64,000 nucleotides of DNA from Minisyncoccota bacterium (GCA_035548315.1 DASZTF010000148.1:21292-85291), one strand, 5' to 3'. Shown: positions 19,606 to 31,467, numbered from the stretch's first letter. Numbers and translations: made by a program. Notes: a model not told the origin generated them from the letters alone.

Positions 19606-21377
19606 GGCGTGACGGAGTAGACGTAGAACGTGCGATTCCCCCCGTAGACCTTGGTGAAGTGCGGATTATTATCGAGCAGCATATTGAAGAGCGTGTACTG
19701 GTAAGAACTCACGATGTATGTGGCGTGGAATTTGTTCACAAGTATGCCCGCGATCGTGTTCCCTTCTTCACGTATCCACGCTGTTGTCGCTGGCGTGCCG
19801 GGGTGCCCATACGCGCCGACGGATTGCAAGTAGAGGTCGGGGCAATACTCGCTGTCGCATGCGATGCCGTAGTTGGACATATTATTCCATAGCCAGTAGA
19901 GCGTACTGTCGTACGTATAGAGGAATCGCGGTTCGATCCCGGCGACATAGTAATCGGCAGGACTCCAGTAGTAGAGCTGCGCGAACCAACTCCAATTCGC
20001 ATCGAAGATCACATCCCCCGGCTGCGTATGGTCAGCGAGCCAGGTACCCGTCCCTTCAAGCAATTGCACTGGACTGCCGTTATTAGCGAGCGAGGTGTTG
20101 AACGAGAGCATCGCGGTAATGAAAAGGTACCCAAGTGCGAGGAAGAGCCCCGCCTTGAGGTATGCGCCGAGCGTTTTCTCGACGGTCACGCGCGCGCGAA
20201 TGCTGTCGAGCGCGAGGATGAGGTAGAGTCCGAACAGCATCAGGAGGTAATCCCCGAAACGTCCGCTGATCAACACATCAGCAGCGAAGAATCCTCCAGC
20301 AAGAAACACGAGCGTGGCGCGGAGCGGCGCATGTTCATCGAGCACCGCGGAGGCCGCCTTATGAAACGTGTAGAGCCAGAGCTCGTAACAACACGCAATA
20401 ATCAGGAACGCGAAGAGGAGAGTGTTGTCGTGTATGTAGCCAAAGATGTCGATCGGGTATAGTTCCCCACCCTCCGGAATGCGGATCTGCTGGGTGACGG
20501 TGAGCACATCTCCAAAAATGATGTCGTGCAGGAATGCGAGAAATCCGGGCGCCATGAGCATGACGACCAGCACCGCTGCCGCTGTACCGCCAAGTACCCA
20601 CAGCAATCCCTTCCACGCTGCCCGCCCTCGGTAGAGTTGTTCGAACAGATAGTAGACCACCGCCGTGCATAACGGGAAGAAGAACGTCGCGTCGTACCAG
20701 TAGAGATACGCGAAACTAACGAGCGCCGCGAGCACATAGCGGCGTCGCTCAAGGCAGAGGATAAGTACGACTAGGAACGCGGGGGCTAGCACGTAGGGAC
20801 GCGAGAGGAAAAGCCGATAGATCGATGACGTGCTTGCGATAGAGAAAATGAACAGCACCCACAGGAATGCGTAGCGGATGTTGAAGAAGCGCGCGGCGAG
20901 ATAAAGCACGGTGAAAAAGAGACTCGCCGCCACGACCGCATAGAGCTTGATGCCGAGGTAGAGCGGCGTAAGGTACGTGAACGGAATGATAACGAGGTAG
21001 AACAGGAAATTGTAGTACGGGTAGTAAACCCCTTGAGCGATCTTCGAGAAATAGATCGCCTTGAAGTTCTGGAATGCGTTAAGAAAACCTTGTTCGCGCA
21101 TTTCGTAGGCAAATCGAAAGTGAAAGAAGTGGTCGTCTCCCGCGGAAAGAATGGTGTTCGGAAGATATATGATCGCGAAAATGACGAAGAAAAATGCGAA
21201 CACTGCGAGCGCAGAGAGGTACGGACGACGGCTGATGACCTGCGCGATAGTCTCTGGAATGCTGCCGATGAATGTCGTAATCGCGCGCAAGGTCATGTAC
21301 GTCTCCTCAGCATACCAAAAGGCCGCCCGGGGGCGGCCTTTTGTTAACAGCAGCGGCTTGGTTAGAGGTTCGCGCAC
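19602..21377 (-). CDS. Large polytopic GT-C-type membrane glycosyltransferase-like protein (591 aa)
   Basis: At least 12 TM helices, aromatic-rich, PMT/ArnT/oligosaccharyltransferase-like topology. Its stop overlaps the GT2 stop (CTAG). Confidence 0.5.
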   Translation of the reverse strand: MREPLTKPLLLTKGRPRAAFWYAEETYMTLRAITTFIGSIPETIAQVISRRPYLSALAVFAFFFVIFAIIYLPNTILSAGDDHFFHFRFAYEMREQGFLNAFQNFKAIYFSKIAQGVYYPYYNFLFYLVIIPFTYLTPLYLGIKLYAVVAASLFFTVLYLAARFFNIRYAFLWVLFIFSIASTSSIYRLFLSRPYVLAPAFLVVLILCLERRRYVLAALVSFAYLYWYDATFFFPLCTAVVYYLFEQLYRGRAAWKGLLWVLGGTAAAVLVVMLMAPGFLAFLHDIIFGDVLTVTQQIRIPEGGELYPIDIFGYIHDNTLLFAFLIIACCYELWLYTFHKAASAVLDEHAPLRATLVFLAGGFFAADVLISGRFGDYLLMLFGLYLILALDSIRARVTVEKTLGAYLKAGLFLALGYLFITAMLSFNTSLANNGSPVQLLEGTGTWLADHTQPGDVIFDANWSWFAQLYYWSPADYYVAGIEPRFLYTYDSTLYWLWNNMSNYGIACDSEYCPDLYLQSVGAYGHPGTPATTAWIREEGNTIAGILVNKFHATYIVSSYQYTLFNMLLDNNPHFTKVYGGNRTFYVYSVTP

Positions 21378-21796
21378 GCACCGCTCGTAATGGAGGCTGT
21401 GACGTTACCGTTCTCGAGGCGAGACTGGCCCGTCGAGTCCGCACACCAAGACTTGGTGGAATCAGAGATGAGCGGAGCAGCGACTGCCCAGGTGGAGTTA
21501 TTCGAATTGCAGGAGAGCGCACCACCCGCTGCCGATGCCGTGACGAGGCCCGCCATGCCGGAGTTGGTGTCCGTGAAGAGGTTGCTTGCCGCTGCGCAGT
21601 TACCCGTCGCGCCGTAGCTGTTGCTGTGGCTGCCGTAGTAAATCTCGGCTGCCGCGCGCATGCTCGAGAGCTGCTCCTGGACCTTGGCGTCCTGACCCTT
21701 GGAGCGCGCTGTCGAGAGGGATGCGAGCACCACTGCCGAGAGAATGCCGATGATGGCGATCACGACGAGAAGTTCGATGAGGGTGAAGCCTTTCAT
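21362..21796 (-). CDS. Type IV pilin
   Basis: MKG/FTLIELLVVIAIIGIL…; Cys pairs. Confidence 0.8.
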   Translation of the reverse strand: MKGFTLIELLVVIAIIGILSAVVLASLSTARSKGQDAKVQEQLSSMRAAAEIYYGSHSNSYGATGNCAAASNLFTDTNSGMAGLVTASAAGGALSCNSNNSTWAVAAPLISDSTKSWCADSTGQSRLENGNVTASITSGACANL

Positions 21797-21943
21797 CGCC
21801 TTCTTCGGTGCGCCGGTAGATACGAGATTCATAATGGTTCTAAAAGATAAGGTTACACGGATTAAATAATGTCCGCTCTAGGTATTGTACGCGAGAACAC
21901 AGGGGTGGCGCGCGTTAGTGTGGATAAGTACACATCGGCGCAC

Positions 21944-23149
21944 TTAAATAGAATTCGCGAGATTGTAGATAGGGATGAGCACTGAAGCGAGGAGGGTGCC
22001 CACGCCAAGACCGAGGAACACAATCATGAGCGGCTCGATAAGGTCGACGAGAGTGTCGACTGCCGTAGTAACCTCACGGCGGTAGAATTTCGCGAGGGTA
22101 GTGAGGATGTTGCCGAGCTCGCCGGTCTCTTCACCCACGCGGATCATGGCGATCATGATGCCCGGGACCTCGGCGTGCTTCCCGAGTGCGTCCGATACCG
22201 AAGCGCCGCCCTTCACGTCCTCACCGGTGCGGCGCAGGATGCCTTCGTAGGTCGCGCTGCCCACCACCGAGGCAGTGATGTCCACCGCTTCCACGACCGG
22301 CACGCCTGACACGAGCATGGTCGCGAAGTTATCCGCGATGCGCGAGAGGTAGAGCTTTTTGTAGAGGTCGCCCAAGTAAGGCACGTTGAGCTTCAAATTA
22401 TCGAAGAAGTACTTCCCGCTCGGCGTCTGCGCCGAGCGCCAGGCGAAGAACGCTCCGATCGCGATTGCGATGACGATTACTACGCCAAAGTGCACGAAGA
22501 AGTTTGAGATGCCGATCACGATCTGTGTATAGATCGGGATCGGCTGGCCGGAATCGGTGATGATCGTCGCGATGTGCGGGATCACGAGCGTCATCATGAG
22601 CCCCATCACCACCACGAAGGTGAGGATCACGAACGCCGGGTAGATAAGTGCGTTCTGCGCCTTATTCATGACTTCGTAGGTACGGTCGAGGTAGTCGGCG
22701 AGGTAGCCGAAGATCTCGGAGAGCTTACCTGCCTCTTCACCTGAGCGAACCATGTTCACGTAAAACGGGCTGAAGACCTTGGGGTGACGCGCGAGCGCCT
22801 TGCTGATCGGACTACCGCCTTGAAGGTCGTCGGCGACCTGGGTGAGGATCTCCGCCAAGTGTCGGTTATCGACTTCCGCAGCAAGCAGGCGGAACACGCG
22901 CAGTGCAGAGACCTGCGCCTCAAACAGCGTGGCGATCTGTCGCGAGAGAATCACCACCTCTTTATTGGAGACGCTCTTGAAGAACGGGAGCTCCATTTCA
23001 AGAGCTGACTTTTGGTTCGCCGGCGCTATAGAGGAGACGATGAGGTTACGACGCTGGAGTGTGGAGACGGCGACATCCATCGAGAGCGCCTCCACGGTTC
23101 CCTCGCGTTCGTGCCCATCCTGGTCCAGTGCTCGGTAGGTAAACAACAT
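21944..23149 (-). CDS. pilC: Type IV pilus assembly platform protein
   Basis: GspF/PilC duplicated domain, 401 aa. Confidence 0.85.
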   Translation of the reverse strand: MLFTYRALDQDGHEREGTVEALSMDVAVSTLQRRNLIVSSIAPANQKSALEMELPFFKSVSNKEVVILSRQIATLFEAQVSALRVFRLLAAEVDNRHLAEILTQVADDLQGGSPISKALARHPKVFSPFYVNMVRSGEEAGKLSEIFGYLADYLDRTYEVMNKAQNALIYPAFVILTFVVVMGLMMTLVIPHIATIITDSGQPIPIYTQIVIGISNFFVHFGVVIVIAIAIGAFFAWRSAQTPSGKYFFDNLKLNVPYLGDLYKKLYLSRIADNFATMLVSGVPVVEAVDITASVVGSATYEGILRRTGEDVKGGASVSDALGKHAEVPGIMIAMIRVGEETGELGNILTTLAKFYRREVTTAVDTLVDLIEPLMIVFLGLGVGTLLASVLIPIYNLANSI

Positions 23150-23152
23150 AGA

Positions 23153-24214
23153 TTAGAGGTAGCGCTCGAAGGTCTTGCGGTCGGTGGCGCGCTCGTACGC
23201 ATTCTCGACCGTCACTTCCCCACGGCGCACGAGCTCGGCGAGCGAGCGATCCATATCAATCATGCCCTCCTGGCTGCTCGTCTGCACGACCGCGGTAATC
23301 TCGTGCGTGCGGCCCTCGCGGATGAGGTTCGCGATCGCACTATTGTTAATGAGGAATTCGTACGCCGGGATGAGGCCGCCTGAGATGCGCGGCACGAGGC
23401 GCTGGCTGAAGATACCCACGAGTGAGCCAGCGAGCTGTACGCGCACCTGCGCCTGCTGCTCCGGCGGAAAGATGTCGATGATGCGGTCGATGGTCTGCGC
23501 GGCGTTATTCGTGTGGAGGGTCGAGAGCACCAAGTGACCCGTCTCGGCGGCGGTGACCGCAGACGAGACCGTCTCGGGGTCACGCATTTCTCCCACCATG
23601 AGCACGTTCACGTCTTCGCGGAATGCCGACACGAGCGCGGTATGGAAATCGGGCGCGTCCACGAACACCTCGCGCTGGTGGATGAGCGACTTTTTCTCTT
23701 CAAAAAGATACTCGATCGGGTCCTCGATGGTCACGATGTGCTCGGCGCGGGTGGAATTGATGCGGTCGATGATTGCGGCGAGCGTCGTCGATTTTCCCTG
23801 TCCCACCGGACCTACCACGAGGAAGAATCCCTGCTGACGCTGGGTGAAGACTTCGAGCACCGGCGGGAGGTTGAGGTCGGCGAAGGTGCGGATGTCTTTC
23901 GGGATGAGGCGCATCGCGATGGCGATGCGACCCTGCACCACGTACCCGTTCACGCGAAAGCGCGACCCTTCGGTGTGCTGGTAGGAGAAGTCGATCGATT
24001 GTGTCGCCTCAAATTTATCCCAGCGGTTCTCGGGGAGCATCGCCCGCAGGATTTTCTCCGCCTCTTCAGCAGAAATAGAGTCTTCGCGTAGTAGCGGCAC
24101 GAGCGCGCCCGAGACGCGGATGATCGGGCGCTGCCCGCTCGTCATGTGGAGGTCGGAACCGCCTTCCTTCACGACGGTGTCGAGGAGGCGCGGGAGGCGT
24201 TCAGCGGTGCTCAT
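23153..24214 (-). CDS. pilT: Twitching-motility retraction ATPase
   Basis: Walker A GPVGQGKSTT; Asp box; His box; 353 aa. Confidence 0.85.
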   Translation of the reverse strand: MSTAERLPRLLDTVVKEGGSDLHMTSGQRPIIRVSGALVPLLREDSISAEEAEKILRAMLPENRWDKFEATQSIDFSYQHTEGSRFRVNGYVVQGRIAIAMRLIPKDIRTFADLNLPPVLEVFTQRQQGFFLVVGPVGQGKSTTLAAIIDRINSTRAEHIVTIEDPIEYLFEEKKSLIHQREVFVDAPDFHTALVSAFREDVNVLMVGEMRDPETVSSAVTAAETGHLVLSTLHTNNAAQTIDRIIDIFPPEQQAQVRVQLAGSLVGIFSQRLVPRISGGLIPAYEFLINNSAIANLIREGRTHEITAVVQTSSQEGMIDMDRSLAELVRRGEVTVENAYERATDRKTFERYL

Positions 24215-24594
24215 GATTTTCCTTCGATGAGGTTGATAGTCTGGGTGAGCACTTCAGAAGGGATGGCGGACGCCTTTACGATGTATCCGGCGGCGCCGAG
24301 CGCCTTGGCCTTCTCGATGTCGGCATCCTGACCCTGGTTACTGAGCACGATCACTTTGGTCGTGGGCGGCACCAGCTTGTCCTTGCGGATCGCTTCGAGT
24401 ACTTGAAATCCGTCCATGCCGGGCATAATAATGTCGAGCAAAATTGCATCTGGTGCAGGTTTTTCCCGAAGCGTTTTCAGGAGTTCCTCCCCGCCTTGGT
24501 GCGCGACCGCCTCGTGCCCCGCTGCTTTGAATTTGAGCGCGTACATGTCGAGGAGGAAGTGATCATCGTCGACGAGGTAGATACGGTAGCTCAT
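24211..24594 (-). CDS. Stand-alone CheY-like receiver domain (PilH-like)
   Basis: YLVDDD…D(55)IIMPGMDG…K; 127 aa, no output domain. Confidence 0.8.
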   Translation of the reverse strand: MSYRIYLVDDDHFLLDMYALKFKAAGHEAVAHQGGEELLKTLREKPAPDAILLDIIMPGMDGFQVLEAIRKDKLVPPTTKVIVLSNQGQDADIEKAKALGAAGYIVKASAIPSEVLTQTINLIEGKS

Positions 24595-24603
24595 GCCTTC
24601 ATG

Positions 24604-26385
<1,782 letters not shown>

Positions 26386-26421
26386 GGAGCCGCGGAACGG
26401 GGGTGAGTGAATTACGTACCG

Positions 26422-26721
26422 TTATTTGGTTGAAACACCGCTGATCGGCGCAAACGGGTCGTGACGACCAGTAGTCTCTGGCAGGATCGCCGTGCGAATG
26501 TCGGTGAGCGCCGCAAACCGTGGGTCATCGAGCACGCTCGTGTCGAAGGAAATATCGCTCAGTTCTCCCGAAAGATTTACGAAGAAGAGTTCTTCGGGCG
26601 AACTCGTCGTGCCGCTCGTAAGATCGGGGCTCGCACTCTTATCAAAGAAGATGAGGTACACCACCGCCAGGATGACTACCGCGCCGAGCCCTATGATGAT
26701 GCCTTTGTTTTTCGCCAACAT
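26422..26721 (-). CDS. Small bitopic membrane protein (PilP-like position)
   Basis: N-terminal TM, 99 aa. Confidence 0.4.
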   Translation of the reverse strand: MLAKNKGIIIGLGAVVILAVVYLIFFDKSASPDLTSGTTSSPEELFFVNLSGELSDISFDTSVLDDPRFAALTDIRTAILPETTGRHDPFAPISGVSTK

Positions 26722-26722
26722 A

Positions 26723-27277
26723 TTAGTGGAGCCAATAAATCTTAAAGGTCACCTGGTAGGTGTACACGCCGGTGTCGGAATCGGTGACCGACAGCTGCGA
26801 GACATCGAGCGGACGCAGGCTCTGCTCCACCCCCGCGAGGAATGCACGGAACCCGTCGTAGGAACCCGTCGCCGAGACCGACAACGTGAGGGAATCCACG
26901 AGCGGCCCCGAGTTCGGCGCGGTCTGTGTTTGTGCGTTCGCGTCGGTGCCATTGGCACCCGTCGGGGTGGCGAAATTAGAGAGCGTCACCCCAGAGCGCG
27001 TCGCGAGCGCATTGAGGTCGAGGATGAGCTGGACGTTATCCACGCTATCGGGGAGAAATACGTTGAGACGGTTCAGCTGATCCGCAGGGATCGCGTCGCG
27101 TTCCTGCTCGAGCTTTGCTTCGTTATCCGAGAAATTCGAGGCCGCAGTGAGTGCTGCATCGTAGCTCGCGATGTCGGCCTTCGCCTGTGCGATCTGCCCT
27201 TCCCAGGTGGGACGCACGTACCCAAAGATGAGCGCGATGGCGAGCAGTATGAAAATGAATGGCATCAGGCGGCTCAT
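26723..27277 (-). CDS. PilO-like bitopic protein
   Basis: N-terminal TM, coiled coil, then beta-domain; located between the PilN-like gene and pilB. Confidence 0.55.
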   Translation of the reverse strand: MSRLMPFIFILLAIALIFGYVRPTWEGQIAQAKADIASYDAALTAASNFSDNEAKLEQERDAIPADQLNRLNVFLPDSVDNVQLILDLNALATRSGVTLSNFATPTGANGTDANAQTQTAPNSGPLVDSLTLSVSATGSYDGFRAFLAGVEQSLRPLDVSQLSVTDSDTGVYTYQVTFKIYWLH

Positions 27278-27891
27278 GGTGTGGTGGTAGCGGTAGAGGT
27301 CGCCTGTGTCGTGTCGGTCGTCGTTGCTGCCTCTGCCGGTGCCGCAACGCTCCAGCTCGCAGGAAGCGTCGGGGGGATGTCGACGAGGCGTGGATCGAGC
27401 ACTGCGTTCAGCGTGAAGGTAACCACGCCCTTATCATCTGCTGTAATGCCAGAGAATATTGCCTGCTTGATGAGCGGCTGCGTCGCGAATGCTGCAGACT
27501 GCGCGGCGAGCGCATTAAAGGTCTTTGCCGTCCCGGTCATGTGGACGGCTGCGCTGTGGTCCTCACCCACCGTGATCTGCATATTGGTGAAGCGCACGTC
27601 GGTGAGCGTGAGCGAGCTAAGGTCATCGAGGAATTGCGACATGAGCACGTGCTGGCTCAGCACCGTCTGAGCCTGAGTGAGCCGATCGCGCAGTCGAATA
27701 AAACTGTCCACCGTGCTTTCGCTTACCGATGATTCCGCTTGCTTGAGCGCTGCCGCCTTCTGAGCAGTCTCGCTCTCGAGAAGGTGAGCGTAGGCAAAGA
27801 CGCCGATAGCGATAATGATCGCGATACCAGCGATGATAAGCGAGACGATGAGGAACATGTTGTTCCCGCTCTCCATTTGCCGTGGATGCAT
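27274..27891 (-). CDS. PilN-like bitopic protein
   Basis: Start chosen at MHPRQME (27891). The upstream part of the listed ORF overlaps pilM out of frame. Confidence 0.55.
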   Translation of the reverse strand: MHPRQMESGNNMFLIVSLIIAGIAIIIAIGVFAYAHLLESETAQKAAALKQAESSVSESTVDSFIRLRDRLTQAQTVLSQHVLMSQFLDDLSSLTLTDVRFTNMQITVGEDHSAAVHMTGTAKTFNALAAQSAAFATQPLIKQAIFSGITADDKGVVTFTLNAVLDPRLVDIPPTLPASWSVAAPAEAATTTDTTQATSTATTTP

Positions 27892-28015
27892 TTCCACGGG
27901 TTGCTTGGGCACAAACGAGGTCGGAATACTGGGAGGTACAGCCACGCTCTTTAGTATAGAGGTCGGCGCGCAAGAGAGCGACGGCTTATACACAGCCTCC
28001 GCAATGCTGTGGGCC

Positions 28016-29110
28016 TTACGCGTCCTCCAGCTTGCGCAGCGCGAGCCCCACCGCGACGGCAAATTCAGGACCAATTTCCTGGAGGAGCGGACGCATGAAC
28101 GCTGGCGCGTCTGTCTTGCCAAACGGGTCGGCAAGCCGTACGTCGACCGCGAAGAATGACTTAGCGTACGTGGCAAGCGCCTTGGTTACTCCTCCCCCGC
28201 CCGTGAGGATAATAGCGGTAACGGCAGTCTGACGGCTCGTCTCGAACTGTCCAAGCACGCGACGCGCTTCATCGAAAATTCGTGAGAACACGAGTTCTAT
28301 CGATTTCTGATCGTAGGCGTCTACCGGCGGGTCGGCAAATCCGTGCGCCTTTTTGAGTGCTTCGGCTTTCTCAATCGTGAGCCCGTGCGCGTTCGCAATG
28401 GTGCGGGTGACGTCCTGGCCACCCTGCGGGATGTTATGCGAGAGCGCCACGACACCGTGCTCGACGATATACGCTTTCGTGGCGGACGCGCCGATATCGA
28501 GTACCATGACCGGCTTTACCGGTTCGTCCACGACCGAACGTATTGTGCTGAATATCTCGATTTCATAAAACGACGCTGCGAGGTTCGCCCCCGCGACAAT
28601 GGCCTGGAGTTGCTGGAGTTCATCATTCTGCACCGCCACGAGTAGTACTTTTACTTTGGAGGGAAGCTGTGCACCTTCAGCAACGGGCTCGGGAACGATG
28701 AACCAATCGAGCTGCACTTCGGAAACCGGCACCGGGATGTACTTGCGCGCTTCAAATTCGATCACGGTCTTTTGTTCTTCGGGCTTGTCACGGCGCGGGA
28801 GTTCGATCAGTGTGAGCAGCGACCGAGAGAACGGGATCGAAATGCCCGCGTCGTTCGTGGTCACGTTCGACTCGCGCATGAGATCGGTGAGTGTCTCCGC
28901 GACCTTTTCTGCGGGAAGGTTGGTAGCCTGCCCTACATCGGCGCCACCATAGGGCCCGAGCGCGAGCTCGCCGTACGTCTCGAGAATCGCGCGTCCCTCT
29001 TGCTTGCGCAGCTGCACGACCTTGAGCGACGACGAGCCAATGTCGACGCCGATAACGCTGCCGATTTTCCGCTTCTTCGTGCTTAAAAGAAGATCAGAAA
29101 GAAAACTCAT
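28016..29110 (-). CDS. pilM: Type IV pilus assembly protein PilM (actin-like ATPase fold)
   Basis: IGVDIGSSSLKVV… ASKHA-type N-terminus; 364 aa. Confidence 0.8.
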   Translation of the reverse strand: MSFLSDLLLSTKKRKIGSVIGVDIGSSSLKVVQLRKQEGRAILETYGELALGPYGGADVGQATNLPAEKVAETLTDLMRESNVTTNDAGISIPFSRSLLTLIELPRRDKPEEQKTVIEFEARKYIPVPVSEVQLDWFIVPEPVAEGAQLPSKVKVLLVAVQNDELQQLQAIVAGANLAASFYEIEIFSTIRSVVDEPVKPVMVLDIGASATKAYIVEHGVVALSHNIPQGGQDVTRTIANAHGLTIEKAEALKKAHGFADPPVDAYDQKSIELVFSRIFDEARRVLGQFETSRQTAVTAIILTGGGGVTKALATYAKSFFAVDVRLADPFGKTDAPAFMRPLLQEIGPEFAVAVGLALRKLEDA

Positions 29111-29137
29111 GGTGCCAGTATACTATGTAGGTACGGC

Positions 29138-29773
29138 ATGTATCCGCTCGCATGGATCGCCCGTGTGCTTGATGTTGTATTCCCGCCGCGCGCGGATGCA
29201 TTGCTTGTGCGGGAAGCACAGCCGGGATCCCTCGCAGCACTCCTGCGGCCAGAACTCATCGAGACCACCCGTCCCTACGTCACGGCGCTCGCCTCCTTCA
29301 TGGACCCTCTCACCCGTGCGCTCGTGCGAGAAGCAAAATATCACGCGAACGAGCGCGCGCAGTTCTTCCTCGCGCAACTTTTACGCGAGTACCTGCGTGA
29401 AATCGCGACCGACACGTATGAAACAGCCGTTATTATTCCGATACCCCTTTCCCCCGCTCGTCTGCGTGAGCGCGGCTTCAACCAATGCGAAGTCATCGCT
29501 CGTCATGCCCTCGGGTCGGGTGATCTGCCCCTTACCATAGATGCACGCGCGCTGGTGCGGATGCGGGACACCGAGCACCAAGCGCGGCTCTCGAGAGCCG
29601 CGCGCCTGCGGAATGTAGTCGACGCATTCGAAGCGACGCGTGCCCTCGATCCCCACACTACCTATCTCTTATTTGATGACGTCGTCACCACGGGCGCGAC
29701 ACTTGGGGCTGCAGCAAAAGCGCTCCGCGCCCGTGGCGCGAAGCGCATTCTGCCGATTGCGCTTGCGCGCTAG
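29138..29773 (+). CDS. comFC: ComF-family phosphoribosyltransferase (competence protein ComFC-like, no N-terminal zinc finger)
   Basis: …YLLFDDVVTTGATLGAAAKAL… PRTase motif; divergent from pilM. Confidence 0.75.
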   Translation: MYPLAWIARVLDVVFPPRADALLVREAQPGSLAALLRPELIETTRPYVTALASFMDPLTRALVREAKYHANERAQFFLAQLLREYLREIATDTYETAVIIPIPLSPARLRERGFNQCEVIARHALGSGDLPLTIDARALVRMRDTEHQARLSRAARLRNVVDAFEATRALDPHTTYLLFDDVVTTGATLGAAAKALRARGAKRILPIALAR

Positions 29774-30309
29774 CGGGTGTAGGTGAACTTCGCCCCGTCT
29801 GCGTTGTTCGTGACAAGTGCGATCATCGGACCCGAAAGTTCATATATGTAGCCCTTGTGGACCGCGAACAGTGTCGAGGTGCCATCTACCTTCTCTACGA
29901 ACGCTGGCTCACCACCGAGCGCTATATCGCTGAACACGGCGCTGCTGTGCTGCTTTGCTTCTGCGTCTTTGATCGCCGCAAGTGTCTTGAGGCCCGAGTT
30001 CACCTCTACCATGACGGAAGTGTGTGCTGCTGCTTCTGCACTTCCGGTCGAGAATTCCACGTGGGTATCGTCTGCGCTTACCACGTGCCACGCGATCGGC
30101 AGTACGATGGAGAACCCGAGCTGCGGGTTCGTGTACGTAGTAGCGGTCGGCTGCACCGCCACCGGCGCTGGTTCAGAAGCGGCCGGCGTCGTGGTAGCCG
30201 TATCCGTACCCATGGTGGTGTCCGCTGACGGAGCAATGTAGTAATACGCAATGACGAGGACAAAAATGCCGGCGATAATAAGGCCGGTGATCTGCTGATT
30301 GTTTTTCAT
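29770..30309 (-). CDS. Membrane-anchored extracytoplasmic protein, hypothetical
   Basis: MKNNQQITGLIIAGIFVLVIAYYY anchor, Thr-rich linker. Confidence 0.5.
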   Translation of the reverse strand: MKNNQQITGLIIAGIFVLVIAYYYIAPSADTTMGTDTATTTPAASEPAPVAVQPTATTYTNPQLGFSIVLPIAWHVVSADDTHVEFSTGSAEAAAHTSVMVEVNSGLKTLAAIKDAEAKQHSSAVFSDIALGGEPAFVEKVDGTSTLFAVHKGYIYELSGPMIALVTNNADGAKFTYTR

Positions 30310-30407
30310 GACTTCACTTTCGTATGAAGGAGGTGTGAAGGTCAACAACCCTCTGGGGATACCGATGCTAGAATGGGGGCATTACGAAGGATTATCCGAC
30401 CATCCGC

Positions 30408-30908
30408 ATGAAAACCATTGTTGCCATTATTGTCGTGCTGATTCTCGCTGCAGGCGCCTACGCGCTCTTCCATACACAGACACCCGCACCGACGACGTCA
30501 ACCGCAACCACGACCGAAGTTATGGCCACCACAACCGATACGAGTAACGATGTGAGCGCGAGCGCCTCGGCTGATGCATCGGTGAGCGTGGGGACTCCGG
30601 TCACCATAACCTATGACGGCACGTCATTCTCCCCTGCTTCGGTCACCATAAAGCAAGGCCAGAGTGTGACATTCGTGAACAAGAGCTCGTCCCCGATGTG
30701 GGTCGCGAGCGATCCGCATCCGATACACAACGGCTACGACGGCACGACCCGCGACGAACACTGTGCACCAGGGTACACGGGCCCAGCGCCGTTTGATGAA
30801 TGCAGCACGGCAACGAGCTATACGTTCACATTCACCAAGGTCGGCAGATGGGGCTATCACAACCACGCGAACCACGCAGCGGCTGGCACAATCACCGTCG
30901 CACAGTAG
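30408..30908 (+). CDS. Anchored cupredoxin-like domain protein
   Basis: FSPASVTIKQGQSVTFVNKSSSPMWVASDPHP…HCAPGY…YHNHANH; Cupredoxin_1-like. Cu ligands not confirmed. Confidence 0.5.
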   Translation: MKTIVAIIVVLILAAGAYALFHTQTPAPTTSTATTTEVMATTTDTSNDVSASASADASVSVGTPVTITYDGTSFSPASVTIKQGQSVTFVNKSSSPMWVASDPHPIHNGYDGTTRDEHCAPGYTGPAPFDECSTATSYTFTFTKVGRWGYHNHANHAAAGTITVAQ

Positions 30909-30913
30909 CTTCT

Positions 30914-31282
30914 ATGAGAACGGCAGCTGATTGGGTGCTTCGTATCGCGCTTGCATTTTCATTCCTCTATCCACCAGTAAACGCGTGGGGTAATCCGTTC
31001 TCTTGGCTTGGGTATGTCCCCCACGTTGCCACGCAGTTGTGGCCGTTCGGTGACTTCTCCCTACTCCACACCTTCGGCGCTCTCGAGATCATACTTGCGG
31101 TGTGGCTGCTTTCCGGGTGGCGTGTATGGATTCCTGCGACGCTCATGGGACTCATCCTGCTTGTGATCGTGGGGACGAACCTCGACCAGTTCGAGGTGCT
31201 GTTCCGCGACGTGAGCATCGCGGGACTTGCGTTCGCGGTCGCGCTTATGCACGCGCCGCGGCACATCGGCCACGTTGCCTAA
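30914..31282 (+). CDS. DoxX-family membrane protein
   Basis: 4 TM helices, …ALEIILAVWLLSGW…. Confidence 0.55.
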   Translation: MRTAADWVLRIALAFSFLYPPVNAWGNPFSWLGYVPHVATQLWPFGDFSLLHTFGALEIILAVWLLSGWRVWIPATLMGLILLVIVGTNLDQFEVLFRDVSIAGLAFAVALMHAPRHIGHVA

Positions 31283-31335
31283 ATATTCCGTCATGGGTAA
31301 CGACAAAGGCCGCGTACGCGGCCTTTGTTCTTGTG

Positions 31336-31426
31336 CGGAAGGGGAGGGATTCGAACCCTCGATACGGATATTACCCCGTATAGCGGATTAGCAATCCACC
31401 GCATTCAGCCACTCTGCCACCCTTCC
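31336..31426 (-). tRNA. tRNA-Ser (anticodon GCU), long variable arm
   Basis: Acceptor GGAAGGG/CCCTTCC, anticodon loop TTGCTAA, 22-nt variable arm, T-loop TTCGAAT. Confidence 0.8.
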
Positions 31427-31467
31427 GTGTTTCCCTAACCTACCACGCTCGGCGCTATACTTCTAGC

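Noticed and set aside
27892-28176. N-terminal 95 residues of the listed PilN-like ORF
   Set aside because: Overlaps the 3' end of pilM in another frame and is low-complexity. An internal Met at 27891 is immediately followed by a TM helix.
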